A stretch of DNA of 63,273 nucleotides, filler included, from Folioceros fuciformis (lineage: Eukaryota): NCBI GenBank assembly GCA_049999805.1. It is 8 parts of 8 records of this genome, joined end to end, with 100 filler letters (N's around TTAATTAATTAA, not from the genome) between each part and the next. Parts side by side here need not be neighbours in the genome. Positions count along the whole stretch, not along the records: positions 18,916 to 28,682 come from JBNGIO010004663.1; positions 28,783 to 34,521 come from JBNGIO010004665.1; positions 34,622 to 46,930 come from JBNGIO010004668.1; 5 more parts are not named here. One strand, written 5' to 3'. The position numbers were made by a program, and so were the translations under genes. This document shows, piece by piece, positions 23,501 to 35,432 of this stretch. Position 1 is the stretch's first letter. Each line of letters starts with the position of its first letter. The notes below the pieces were generated by a model. The model did not search any database and was not told where the DNA came from. It saw only the letters and a list, made by a program, of their open reading frames with translations.

Positions 23501-24366
23501 ACAAGTGCAGTCACTCCCCCGGTGACATGGACCACCATGGATCCCGCATTGTCTAACACGCCATCTGTACCAAGTATTCTTGCCGAGCTGTTGGCACTCA
23601 GCAGGCCCTCTTTCGACCATATTAGATGAGCTGTTATTGGGTAGATGAAGGAACTCAAGAAGAAGCTGGTACACGTGTCCCAATGTGTCAGAAACTTAAA
23701 CACCCACAAGACTGGCTTTGGAAGGCTGCGAAGAAGAGCAAATTGCAAGCCTCGGAGCTAGTTGAAACCCCAGGAAAGGAACTCGCCACGAGAGGAGAAC
23801 CCGTACCTGTAGATCAGATAAGCACGCAGTTGCGTCCGTTCAGCAATAGATCCAGCAATGATATTCGCACACGTTGTTGCGAAAGCCAGCTCAAAGAAAA
23901 ACTTGAGCTGCTCACGATCACCGGAAAACGCAGGCTTGCCGTCTGAATACTTCCAACCTACAACCTCGTTCCCGTACCCAAACCCGATGGCATACCCAAA
24001 CAGCCAGAACGAAATGACACAAATGCACATATCCAGCACATTCTTGACCATAATGTTGCGGGTGTTCTTCACACGCACAGTGCCAGCTTCTATCAAAGAG
24101 AATCCGACCTGCAGCAAAATCCAACCACAACCCGCAATGTTAACAACACAACAAGACCACGACACTCTCAGCTCAATCCAGCAGCACAGCGACCATACCT
24201 GCATAAGGAAGACGAAAAAAGCCGCCTGGAGTTTCCACAGGTCAGCAGAGATCCTCCCATTCTCAGAATTACTCCTCGCCAGAAAATCCAGTACGGACGA
24301 AATGTTGGCAATTTGGCTCTGAATTTCTCCAATTACAGAAGGATCCAGCTCCTCCCCCGGATCCAT
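20570..24366 (-). CDS. AMT1-family ammonium transporter fused in frame to a clade-D PP2C protein phosphatase; 11 exons, 887 aa
   Basis: Exons 24366-24199, 24108-23807, 23665-23422, 23247-22959, 22834-22608, 22523-22416, 22324-22055, 21952-21850, 21728-21358, 21240-21004, 20914-20570 total 2664 nt with consistent phases. AMT motifs: FLMQVGFSLIEAGTVRVKN, GSIAERT, DNAGSMVVH, GPRIGRF, FGFN, DD..AAPVH, LRV..EEEAGLD..HGG. PP2C motifs: GEFSFA..ANYFMED, DGHGG, ANLGDSRAVLG, WRIKGKIQ, LASDGLWE, HDDMTVIV. Confidence 0.85.
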
Positions 24367-25825
24367 ACCTCGATTCTCACACCCCAAACCTGGACTCTGG
24401 CAGCCAATCCTTGACGTGCACCTTCGTCAGACCTCCCTGTACGGACTCGGCCGCGTTTGTTCCCACACAGCTCATCCCCCTCAATTTCAGGCCAGGAGCC
24501 TCCATTCCACTCACTCCCAACCCGCAACCCCAGACTCCGTCGCCCCCTCGCCTCCGATGCCGACGGTCTCGCGATCGGCCCTCCCGAGCTCCAATTCTTC
24601 ACCTCAAATTGCGGGTCCGACCACCTCNNNNNNNNNNNNNNNNNNNNNNNNNNNNNNNNNNNNNNNNNNNNNNNNNNNNNNNNNNNNNNNNNNNNNNNNN
24701 NNNNNNNNNNNNNNNNNNNNNNNNNNNGGCCTATACGATCCCAGCCAAGGCCCAGCCTCCAACGACCTCCTCGGCGGCAGCAAGGCCTGCTGCCGCCCTC
24801 TGCTGCTCTGCGACCCCCAGAACTAGCACTTCCCATGAAAGGACTGCCAAAGTTAGTGGAGACGTAGCCTTGGTGTAATCGACTCGATTCGACTCGACTC
24901 CAATTCGAGGGTAGCATGAGACGAGGTCTTACCGGAGACGTCTCAAGGCCGGGGATCGGAATTCGGGCCTTTGACGTACACGATGTCGGCTGCTGCGCCT
25001 CGGAGATGGCGGAGCCAGGGGAGTTGCCAGGTACTGTATGTACTTTCGGGACGCGGGACGCGGGTGCATCCAATCGTTGGCGTGTTGTTATCGGGCTCGG
25101 GGCCTGACGCGACTGTCCGGGGAAGCAGTGACAGTGCGGGGAAGGGATGTGTGAAATAGACTGCCATCACGGGAAATTGCTGCACGAAATTTAAACACAT
25201 GCTACCCACTCAAGACTAGCCATTTGATTAGGAATCTGATAAGGAATTAATAACTGGCCAAAAAGGACAAGCACTTACACCAAAGGGGCGGGCAAGTTGC
25301 AACCGCAAACTTCGGTGAAGCTGCTCACGTCACCTGGCCCAAAGAGAGCAGCTTCAATGCTTCAGTGATTCGGTGAGGAGGCAACACATGGCACCTGTTG
25401 TACAAGTACCGAATGTGTCACAAAGCTCAAGTCACACTAGGTTCAAATGGGGAAGCTAGAAAACCACGATATCCTTAAACGTGACTCTAAACTCGAACTG
25501 TACAGACCGTACTACAACATGAAGCTCACATGCATCTCGGGCAGCGCTGTCCGACCCCCATGCACCGCAACCATGAGCTTGTCGAGAAGTGGTGTCGTCG
25601 TCGTGACCCTACGGCAGCTGGGTTGCATGGAGGGAGGCCAGTCCGATTCTTGGTCCTGTTGTGGAATAGAGGAGGAGGTCTTCAACACTGAGCACTGGGG
25701 TAGAAAGAGAGAACGCGGTTGGAGAGGCAATGACCCAGGGCCCGAGTGCCCAACCATGCATCTTGAGGTGGCGAGGTGTTCGGTGCGACGTCACATCCGT
25801 TCTCTTGCTGCCGTTGTAGTGAGAG

Positions 25826-27160
25826 CTAGCCGCTCCTCCCTCTTTCATGGTCATAGGGGGGATCATATATTTGGGAGGGATCGTCATCCCACACATCATC
25901 TAAGCCAATGACGTGGTGCCCTTCTTCCTCGTCCGAGGAGGATAGCCCAGATCCCATCCAAGACTTGCGATAGCCCTGATTCACTCTCCTCTCCAGTATA
26001 GACTGTGGCACAGGAGTAGCTTCCAGTAGCTCAACTCCTGACATGTGGTGGCCATAGAACTCGCCTTCATCCATTATCACGGCCGCTTTTCGCCTTAAGA
26101 ACATCGCTGTTCCTCCAAGCAAGATACAAAATCCCCAACACAGCACTTCGTAGCACCAAAATAAAACATAGGAGCAGTTTGTCTGCAACATGAGAATAGA
26201 CGAGCCTAGGAAAAGGGACATGACAGCGATGGCAGTAGTGAAGCAGATATTCAGCGTTGCCAGGCAGCGTACACCTCCTGCAAACGCAATCGCACATCAG
26301 TTGTGAGCAGTTAGCGTGTTGGAACCACCATACAGCTCGGACAGGTCCAAATCAGGTGAAGCAGGGTGGAAAAGGCTAGTACGCAATATGCAAAGCCAGA
26401 AAAGAGCTACTACCTCTCCTTGATGCACAGCAGTTGTTCTCCACAACCTTTAAACACCCGTGTCTCTCAGGTGCAGTGTAAGCCACCGCAATGCCTGAAC
26501 ACCACCCAAACAAGCCTCAGTTCTTGAAACAACCTCAAGCCACCACAATTCAACATCCACAAACTTTGGCAGCCCCGAAAAAGCATGGACAACCATACAC
26601 ACAACAACACAGATACATCCGGCAAAGCACCACGTCTTCCCATCCTGACATCCATTCCGGCGCAAGCTAGGGTTTCTCAAAACGTCCCAACTCCATCAAC
26701 CACAATACACGCTAACATCAGGCACGCAAGCACTCCAAAAATCGCAGACTTCAGAGCAGCGGGACACAATCGACCACTTGCCTGCCATCAAGTACATGGT
26801 AGCCACGGCACAGACGACAGCAGTCGGAAGGAACACGACAAGCCAAAAATACTGCGCTGCCTCCTCTTCCGTGTAAGCATACGCACTCGTCATTGTCTCC
26901 TGGCTCTGTGGCCGCATCTCCGCCAACGGGATCTGATCCAAGCGTTTTTTCTGACAAAATGGATACTCCTCTCCCGTCACCGCAAACACGATATGAATCA
27001 TAACTGCCACCGCAATCAACACGCAAATCCAAATCACCGTCACGACCACCATGAGCAGCGGTCGTGTAAGCTTCCCCCACACCTTCTCCTCATCCCTAAG
27101 ATTTTCGTAATCATCCCTGGACATGAACGCCTGGAGCAAAGCAGTCTGCGCCAAATTCAT
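25826..27160 (-). CDS. Conserved plant multi-pass membrane protein of unknown function; 3 exons (27160-26782, 26494-26414, 26277-25826), 303 aa
   Basis: LLQAFM...YENLRDEEK.WGKL.RPL; AYTAPERHGCLKVVENNCCASRRGGVRCL; LFWCYE...FLRRKAAVI.DEG...WMGS.LSSSDEE. Hydrophobic segments, in-phase splicing, GC-AG first intron. Confidence 0.8.
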
Positions 27161-28782
27161 CTTTTCCGATCCAATCACGCAGCACACGCAACGCAAATTG
27201 CAACCCGCAGCCCCTGCCTAGAGACTGTAAAAGCCTGCCCTCTGTCCCTGCCCTCTGTCCCTGCCCTAAGTCCCACAGCAAGGTAGCACCACAGTGCCAA
27301 CGCAGCAAGCGCTGCGAAAATCCTTCCCCAAGACCCCGTGCCTTCGTCTCGCCGATCAGCATGCCACTCCTCGCTCCCAGCCAAATCCCAAACCGCTGTC
27401 TGTGCCAGCTCCGCACCTTCAGACCGTGCCGGCAAACACATCCATCCTTGCCGGCGCAGGATTACCGTCAGACACGCGTCGAAGACTCTGCGTTGCTAGG
27501 CTGTTGCTCATCTGAGAGAGGGCTCGTGTAGTAACAGCCGTAACATAAAATGCAGAACTACGACCTTCACGCATGCCTACATTTATAGACGAGGACTTTC
27601 AGCATTTCAAAAATACAAATTTCTCCATCGTGGAGACCCATGAACTTTCGTGGTAAGCCCATCACCCCAGGATCCATTATCTCGTTTTTGACACACAAAA
27701 ACTAGTCAATTTCACTTTTATAAATCTATTTATAATATAAATAATAGTAATATATTATTCATAATTCAAACTGCCTTTTTTGGAAAATAGAGAGACACTT
27801 AATTAACCTGGGAAATAGAGAGACACTTAATTAACCTAGGATGAGGTATTTTTTATAATTGAAAAAGATATGGAAAGTTCCATCTACTTCCAAAATTGGA
27901 AGAACAACCCCGCAAGGTCAAAGGAGGAACAACCCTGCAAAGCCTAAGGTTGAAAGGTACTAGCTCCTTCGAATATCATTTTAAAAAACTATTTATTATT
28001 CCCGAAATCATGATTTAGAATTCCAAAAAGGCATACCTACCACTTGTGCTAAAGAAGTTGCTTGACTTACGCTTGTTGCTATTTTAAAAACTGCATTGGC
28101 CATTAATGATTGTAAAGCAATGAGTAGGCGTTGTCGAAAAAAACAAGGCCACCACGGAGCAAAGAGGGGAAATATCATTCTTATTACTTTGATAAACCTT
28201 GGCGCACCATTTTTACTACTTTGATAAACCTTGGCGCACTCCTTGATAAACCTTGAAAAGTTTTTTCCATAAACTCATAAGTCTTAAGAGCAAGGGGGAT
28301 AAAAGTATGCCATCTTGTANNNNNNNNNNACTCATAAGTCTTAAGAGCAAGGGGGATAAAAGTATGCCATCTTGTAAGGGAGATTTGGCACTTGCACAAC
28401 CCTTCGCTGCCCAACGGATTGATGATATTTGCTTGCAAATTGATTTCCTAGTGGGATCCGTAACAACCAAATCAACAACACAAACCTATTCCCCTTAGTG
28501 AAAAAAAAGTCAGCTCTAAATGAAACTCTGCTATGCAGGGTATATGAACGTTCATTATATGGAAGAAAACCATACTTCCTAGCATTTAAGAACATGACAT
28601 CCCAACTGCATCATGGGTGGCAATGGGAGCACTATGCTAGATAGGACCCTGTATTGACAATGACAACCTCACAACATGGGACNNNNNNNNNNNNNNNNNN
28701 NNNNNNNNNNNNNNNNNNNNNNNNNNTTAATTAATTAANNNNNNNNNNNNNNNNNNNNNNNNNNNNNNNNNNNNNNNNNNNN

Positions 28783-31700
28783 GCGACTCGACTTGACTAC
28801 TCTCGCTTCGCGGCCAACAGACCCACAACCAAATCCCTTACAGGCTCCACGCACACCCGCTTTTCGGTCGCTACCCAGTGACGGCTCGCTCATCGCGTAC
28901 TTACTTGCCCTCAGTTACACACCCACACGCACCGCAGCTCACCATACATCGTCAAGATTTTCACCCTCACACACACACACTCCGGTCACATAGCCAGCTC
29001 ACCCAGGCCGAGACCTTCCCACAGGTCACTCACATTCCACCAAACCGAGGATCAGTTACACACCCAAACGGCCATGTCTTCCGATCCCAAGCACATTCCA
29101 CGGCGCACATCCACACATACATTCAGCCACGGCTCGACTCTCAGGCTCACACCCTCAGCAGTCAACCACGCTGCATCTCAGTCACTCTCTCGTTGCCTAT
29201 GTCGTGACTTCCCTTTCACATACACCCAGTTCCGACCACTCAATTTCACAGTCACGTTTCACACACTAGTCGATTCTCCTCCTCCTTCTCCTCTACTCGC
29301 ACACTCCTCTCTCTCTGAATCTCTTCTCACCTCCACACTCGATTCTCAGTCAACTCACGTTCTCAGCTTCCTTCCTCCAACTCGCTCGTCCCAGGGCTTC
29401 TCCTCCTTCTCAGTAGTTAAGGGGGTGGTAGGAACGCTCGAGCTAAGGGAAGCAACTATCGCTTCCACTCCGCAATGGCGGATTCGGCCCTTTTGCCCCC
29501 ACCACCGTACACGACCAGTTTCGGGGATAGTAAGGAAGCACGGCTTCCACTCGGTGAGGCTCCTCCTCCCGATTCGTCCCCGGAACCTTGATCGCGGGGC
29601 ATCCACAACCAGCACGCCGCACCTTTAGGACACTACATGCGCTAGCCTGCCTGGACCTCCCTGTCCAGCAGTGGCCATTGCTAGGCTCCCGCGAGGTCGG
29701 AATGACGGTCTTGTTTCTTGCTGATTTTTTGAGGCACCAAACCGGCCTCTTGTACACGCTAGTGGCGGGTTCTTTCTGCCATAAAGTCTATCAGGGGTCA
29801 GTCAGTACTCTTAATTTTTGAGCGGCTTAGGTCCAAGCAAAAGCAACCTAAAAAAAACTATCCTAGGATGCAATTATTGTCGCCTCTCTCCTCGCCGTTA
29901 TCGCCTCCCTCCTGGCCGTCGCGCTCTGCCCCTCATTGGCCCGCCTCTGGCCCTCCTACCTTGCCGTTGGTCGGGCAGGTCCTCCCAGAGGACCTCCACC
30001 TCACTGCTGCTGCTGCTGGACCTCGCTGGCGGCGGCGCAGGTGGGTCCCGTCGCGGGGACTCCTCTCCTCCCTCCGTCGCCGATTGCTGAGGATGAGGAC
30101 GGGTTCCTGCTCAACCCACTACTACGCCTCCTCCTATGTCAATTCCTCGAGGAGTGCCTCGGAATAGCAGTGAGGCAGTCCCCACACCTGCCAGCGGTAG
30201 TAGTAGGACCCCCTGAGGGTCCTCAGTTGCAGGCCGTAGCCCCGCGTCCCTCTTAAGCCCATACGCACATATAAAAATACTTTCAAAACTCGTGCTCCTT
30301 CCACATAGAGGCCTCCTCCTCATACTGCAGCACAACCCGACCCTCTGTTGTAAAGGAAGTGCTTACCTCTTCTTCCCTTGGGCTACCTCGGGCTGCCTGC
30401 TCTCTGCTCTCTTGGGGTACTGGAGGATCCTCCACTCCCCCAGCTGCTGCTCCCCCTTGCTCAGTTCTCCTGGCGCAAGTTGCTCTTTCAGAGCATCGGG
30501 TCGCATGCGCTTCCACTACCACCTCCTCGGCTACTGGGGTCGGGGGTTCCGCTACCGGCATTGTCTCTCCTCTACCGGTAGCCTCTTTGGCCACCTCCAT
30601 TGTCGCTCGGCTACCTCGCCGTGTTTTGCCCTTCCCCTTCACCCGCTCTCTGGCCTCGTCTTGTTCTTGCTTGTACCTATCGGCCAGTTTCTGGGCCTGC
30701 TCCACTAAGGCCGCTTCCTGCTTCTGTGCCCTGGCTACCTCGTGTTGCATCTCCAAGTTAGTTCCATGGGCCTCCCTCACCTAAGCTAGGAGCGACTCCT
30801 GCTGCTCCTTTAGCGCTGGAACCTCTGCCCTCGTCTGGTGGGCCTCTTCCTCCACTTGTACTTTGGCTACGCTTAGGGACTGTTGCTTCTCTTCCAGAAG
30901 CCGCCGTGCCATCTCGGACTCCACCAGTTTCTTCCAGGCTTCGGCCTCCTTCTCTCAGGCTTCTGCCTCCTTGCTCTGGGCCTCAACCTCCCTCTTCGCC
31001 TGCATACTCAACTAAGTCAATGCTCTGGCTGCCTGGCCCAGCAAGTTCGCCTGAGCCTGCACCATTGCTGAGGTCAGTCCCGACAAATCCACCTCCTGCG
31101 ACTCCCCCACAGGAGCCATTCCCCCGTTCGTGATCTGCCTCCTCAGCAGCGCTCGCAGCCTTTCCAGGTCTCTTGCCTACAGCATGTCCACCAGAGGGAT
31201 TCTCTTAAAAATTTCTTCCCATCCTGGGAAGGGTTCCTGTTCTGGAGCGTGCCCTAATTCACTCATCACCACAAGCGGGGCCACTTCCATTTCTGGCACC
31301 TGCTCCTGAGGCGCCTCTGACTCCTCCTCGGCTTGTTCCTGCTCTGCTGGCTCCTGGATAGCCTCTTGCTCCTGTTCAGTCTGTTTCGGGGCTGTCTCCT
31401 ATGGTGCTGACCCGCTTCCCCTCCTGGTGACCTGTCTGCTTGTCCGTCTCCTTTTGGCAGGAGTCCTCTTCCCTGTCCCCGCCTTCCTCTTCTGCTCGGC
31501 TACTCGACTACCGGTAGTCCCGTAGACTATCGGGCTATTGGTAGTCCCGGGGACTACCGGACTACCGGTAGTCCCCTCGACTACCGTTCCCCTGGTTCGG
31601 CTACCGGTAGCCCCTTCTGCTACCGGGGTCGCCGACTGACTCGGACGCCCAGCCTTGCCCTTCCCCTTCACTCTCTCTCTGGCCTCGTCTTGCTCCCGCT

Positions 31701-34365
31701 TGTATCTGTCAGCCAACTTCTGAGCCTGCTCCACAGCGGCTATCTCCACCTCCTGTGCCGTAGCCATTTCCTGTTGCATCTCCAGGTTAGTCTCGTGAGC
31801 CTCCCTCACCTGAGCTAGCAAGGTCCCCTGTTGCTCTTTCAGCGCCTGCACTTCAGCCCTCGCCTCGCGCGCCTCTTCCTCGGCTTGAGCCTTTTGCCTG
31901 TCCAGGACTCGTTGCTTCTGCTCCAACAGTTGCCGCGCTGTCTCTGACTCCGCCAGTTGCCTCCTTACTTCAACCTCTCGCTCACGAGCCTCCTCCTCCT
32001 TTCCTTGAGTCTCGGTTTCTCGCTCCGCTTGTACACTTAACCAGGTCAGGGCCCTAGCAGCCTGATCCAGGAGGTCTGCTTGGGCTTGCACCATCGCAGC
32101 AGTCAGAGGAGCGCTTGCAAGGGCTGGGCAAGCAGCACGGACACCCGGCTACGGGGAGGCAGCCTAGCCTGGCTGCAGGCAGGCAACCTGGTAGCTGGCG
32201 GGTGGGTGACCACGGCGTCGGGATCCAGGCAACCAGGGCTGGCTGGCCAAGATCGCGAGGGGGCTAGCTAGGGGCTACAACAAGCGGCCCCGTGAGTGGG
32301 CTGCTTGGCCAGATCCAGGAGAGCGGGCAGGCACCCTTGCGGCGCGGGCAGCGCCCGACCAGCAGTAGGAGCAGGCCGGCGGGCTGAGGGGAATCCTGGC
32401 CAGGGAGGATCTGCAGGCTGGTAGACGAAACCGGCAGGCCGGATAGGGCCAGATCCTGAAGCCATGCAGGCTGGCCGGGCTGGCTGGGGCTAGTCCAGCC
32501 CAACGCAGGCAGGCCGAGCAGGTGGGTGGCCTAAGCGAATTGGCCAGGAGGGCGGTGTGTGGCCTTGCTAGTAGGCGGATCCAGCCAGGCAGCCAGGTAG
32601 CCACCTGGCCGGGGAAGGCAGGCCTGGCTGCTAAGACAGATAGATAGAGGGCCGGCCTGGCTGCAGCTAGAGAGGCAAGGCTAGACAGCCTGAGGCAGCG
32701 CTGGATCGTAGCTAGACGGGCCTTGGGCTAATTTAGGCCGTGCTGGCCAGCAAGGGAGGCTCAGGCCTGCGACAGGCTAGCAGGGAAGCTGGCTGTCGGG
32801 GCGGCTGGCCGCAGCTACTGGCTGATGGCGGGCTGGGTACGGCCTTACAGGCAGGGTCAGTAGGCCGACTAGCTAGGTGGATCCGGGTAGGCGACCTGGC
32901 TGACTAGTGGACGGGCTGAGGGAATTTAGGCAACGGCCTGGCCAGATCTTAGGCAGCAGCAGGTAGGCGGCCTGGCTGGAGGTGGCAGCTGAGAAGCCTA
33001 GACCGGCAGGCGGCCAGCTAGAGCGAGATCCAGGCCAGGCCCGGCTGCTGGAGATCTGGTAGGCTGGCTGGCGATGCCAGATGCAGGCAGTCAGCTGCTG
33101 CAAGCGGCAGCCCCGACCAGCGGTTGAATCCAGCGGGCAGCCAGGTCGAGCAGGTTGGCTGCCTGGTTGGATCTGGAGACTAGAGGTCGGGTAGTGGCCT
33201 CTGGCCAGTCGGCCAAGCTGTAGGCGAGGAAAGCGGGCTGGATCACGGCCAGGCCAACCCGGCAGGGAGCATGGCACTACCTCGAGACACGGATAGGCTG
33301 ATGAAATCCAGCAGGTAGGAGGTCGGCTAGCAGGCGGGTTGTCCACGAAATCCACGCAAGTAGGTGGAGCCAAGACGTGCAGAATCGTGCTTAACGGAAT
33401 TGAGGCAGGCAGAAGGCAAGCTGGGGCGGTCGAGTCCTCCAAGCGGATCAGAGGTGGGCGCTAGCGTCCAGGCGCCCGACGCTCCAAGTAAGTAGGTGCC
33501 AGGGTCAGTCTAGCAGGTCGGTGGGTGGTAGAGACTCCAAGTCCTGCCTGGATCGCATTCGGCAGGTTGGACCATGGTGGTTGGTTGGCCGGATCCGGCC
33601 AAGTCCCTAACAAGTGAGGCACAGGCGGGCCTCGGGCTGATCCAAGCGATGATGGCTGGCAAGTGAGACTGTGGTGGATCAAGGAAGGTGGATTGGCCAA
33701 ATGAGAAAGGGCCAGGCACGAGATCCAAGCAAGTGGCCCTTTCTCAAGGGGCTGAGTGTGGAGGCAAAACCCCGGGCACTGATTGCCGACGGATTCCACC
33801 TTTAGTGGCCACACTTATCCCACTGTCGTTGAGACATTGGGTTTCGTTCCCACGAAGGAGCGATGGGGTTCCTTGCTGCTGTGGAGGGAGGGTCGGACTT
33901 GATCAACTCGATGATGGATTCAAGGGCTCCCCTCCAGCTCCGATCAGGCGTAGGACAGGCCTCGCTGTCCGGCGGTCAGCTGCACCTCTCTCGGTGCCCA
34001 CAAACTCACTCCAGTCACTACAATGACTCTAACATCTCAGATCTGCGACTTCCTTCACTCACTCTCTCGCTCCAGCACCAACACCAACAACTACCAGCAA
34101 CCAGCAACGACACCACTACCTTGTACACTTCCCTACGGACTCCTCCTACCCGGCAAGAGTCACTAGACTAACCCCAAACAAAAGGAAGAGGGGAACACAC
34201 TCCCCTCTTGGGTATCTCCTCCCCACAACCTTACCAGACGCCATGAGACATGGCCGGCCTACAGCACTTGACCAAGCAAGGAACGAGAGTGGACAGGTTG
34301 AGAGAAAAACACACCCTTTACAATCAAGAGCTAGGGGCAAGCCCCTACACCCTGGTCATTACACC
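28783..34365 (-). mobile_element. Probable degenerate repeat/TE-derived block with a duplicated coiled-coil ORF module and a GC-rich low-complexity region
   Basis: Two related E/Q/A/R-rich ORF segments (~30283-31071 and 31399-32094) with in-frame stops, and GCTGG/GCAGG-rich sequence at 32100-33800. No introns and no recognisable host domain. No diagnostic TE domain seen. Confidence 0.4.
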
Positions 34366-34368
34366 TTG

Positions 34369-34521
34369 TGATCCTACCAGACACTATACAACCGGCAACA
34401 CGCTGCCCGCGATCCTACCAGACACTGTACAACCGGCAACACGCTGCCTGCGATCCTACCAGACACTGTACAGCCGGCAACACACGGCTTGCGATCCTAC
34501 CAGACGTTGCACAGCCGGCAA
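34369..34521. repeat. Tandem repeat, ~41-bp unit x~4, running into a gap
   Basis: Unit gatcctaccagacactgtacaaccggcaacacgctgcctgc. Confidence 0.9.
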
Positions 34522-34621
34522 NNNNNNNNNNNNNNNNNNNNNNNNNNNNNNNNNNNNNNNNNNNNTTAATTAATTAANNNNNNNNNNNNNNNNNNNNNNN
34601 NNNNNNNNNNNNNNNNNNNNN

Positions 34622-34702
34622 ATGCGTCACCCATGTGAATTAGATGCGTCACCCATGTGAATTAGATGCGTCACCCATGTGAATCAGATGCGTCACCCAT
34701 GT
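34622..34702. repeat. Tandem repeat, 22-bp unit x~3.7, at a gap edge
   Basis: Unit atgcgtcacccatgtgaattag. Confidence 0.9.
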
Positions 34703-35432
34703 GCGGAGGCATTTCGTCGAGTCTTCCGATTCGACCCGTGAACCTCGTGATGAGATGTACGGTTTCGGATACCTTTGATGGTGGACAATATCGTTAAACA
34801 TTGAACCTAGAAACGTTGTTTCCCCGACTTTTGAACTCATAGGAGCTACTCCAGTCGGGTATCACATTGGAGACAACACAGTCGCTGGTTAGAAAACCAC
34901 AGGCTTGTTACGTACACGCCAGAGGTGCGACAAGGCTTCGAAACGCCTCAAGTACTGGTAATAAGATCCGATATAAACTCTCGGCCTGAATGGCTACCAT
35001 GTGGACTCCAGGCACCCTAAACTCAGAACAGAAAAGCGTATGTCCCACTGTGCGCGAAATCTCGAGCTGTTAAAAGAGACAAAATTCCTGGCGACCCCTT
35101 CACAAAAGCACTTTTACTCTGAAAGTTCAGCTAGAGCCAAGCTTATTCCTCCACGGGTGAAAGATGACATTCAACCAGATTGCCAGCAGGAATGCTAATA
35201 AAACTCCCCGGACATTTAAGTACATCGCAGAAAATCCTGAAGAGCCGGCAGAACAGTACACATGATAGAGAGAAACACCCCCTAATTGGCTGGTGTGCTC
35301 CACGGATCATAGAATTACGATTCCAGGGCTCACGAACTGCCTAAACCACCAAAAGAATGCCGCAATGGCAATTACGGGCAATATGTAATTACTTCCGAGG
35401 GCCGCAGACACCACCTGATTGGCTTTACAAGC

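Noticed and set aside
28270-28378. Exact ~49-bp duplication around a 10-N gap
   Set aside because: Typical unmerged contig overlap.
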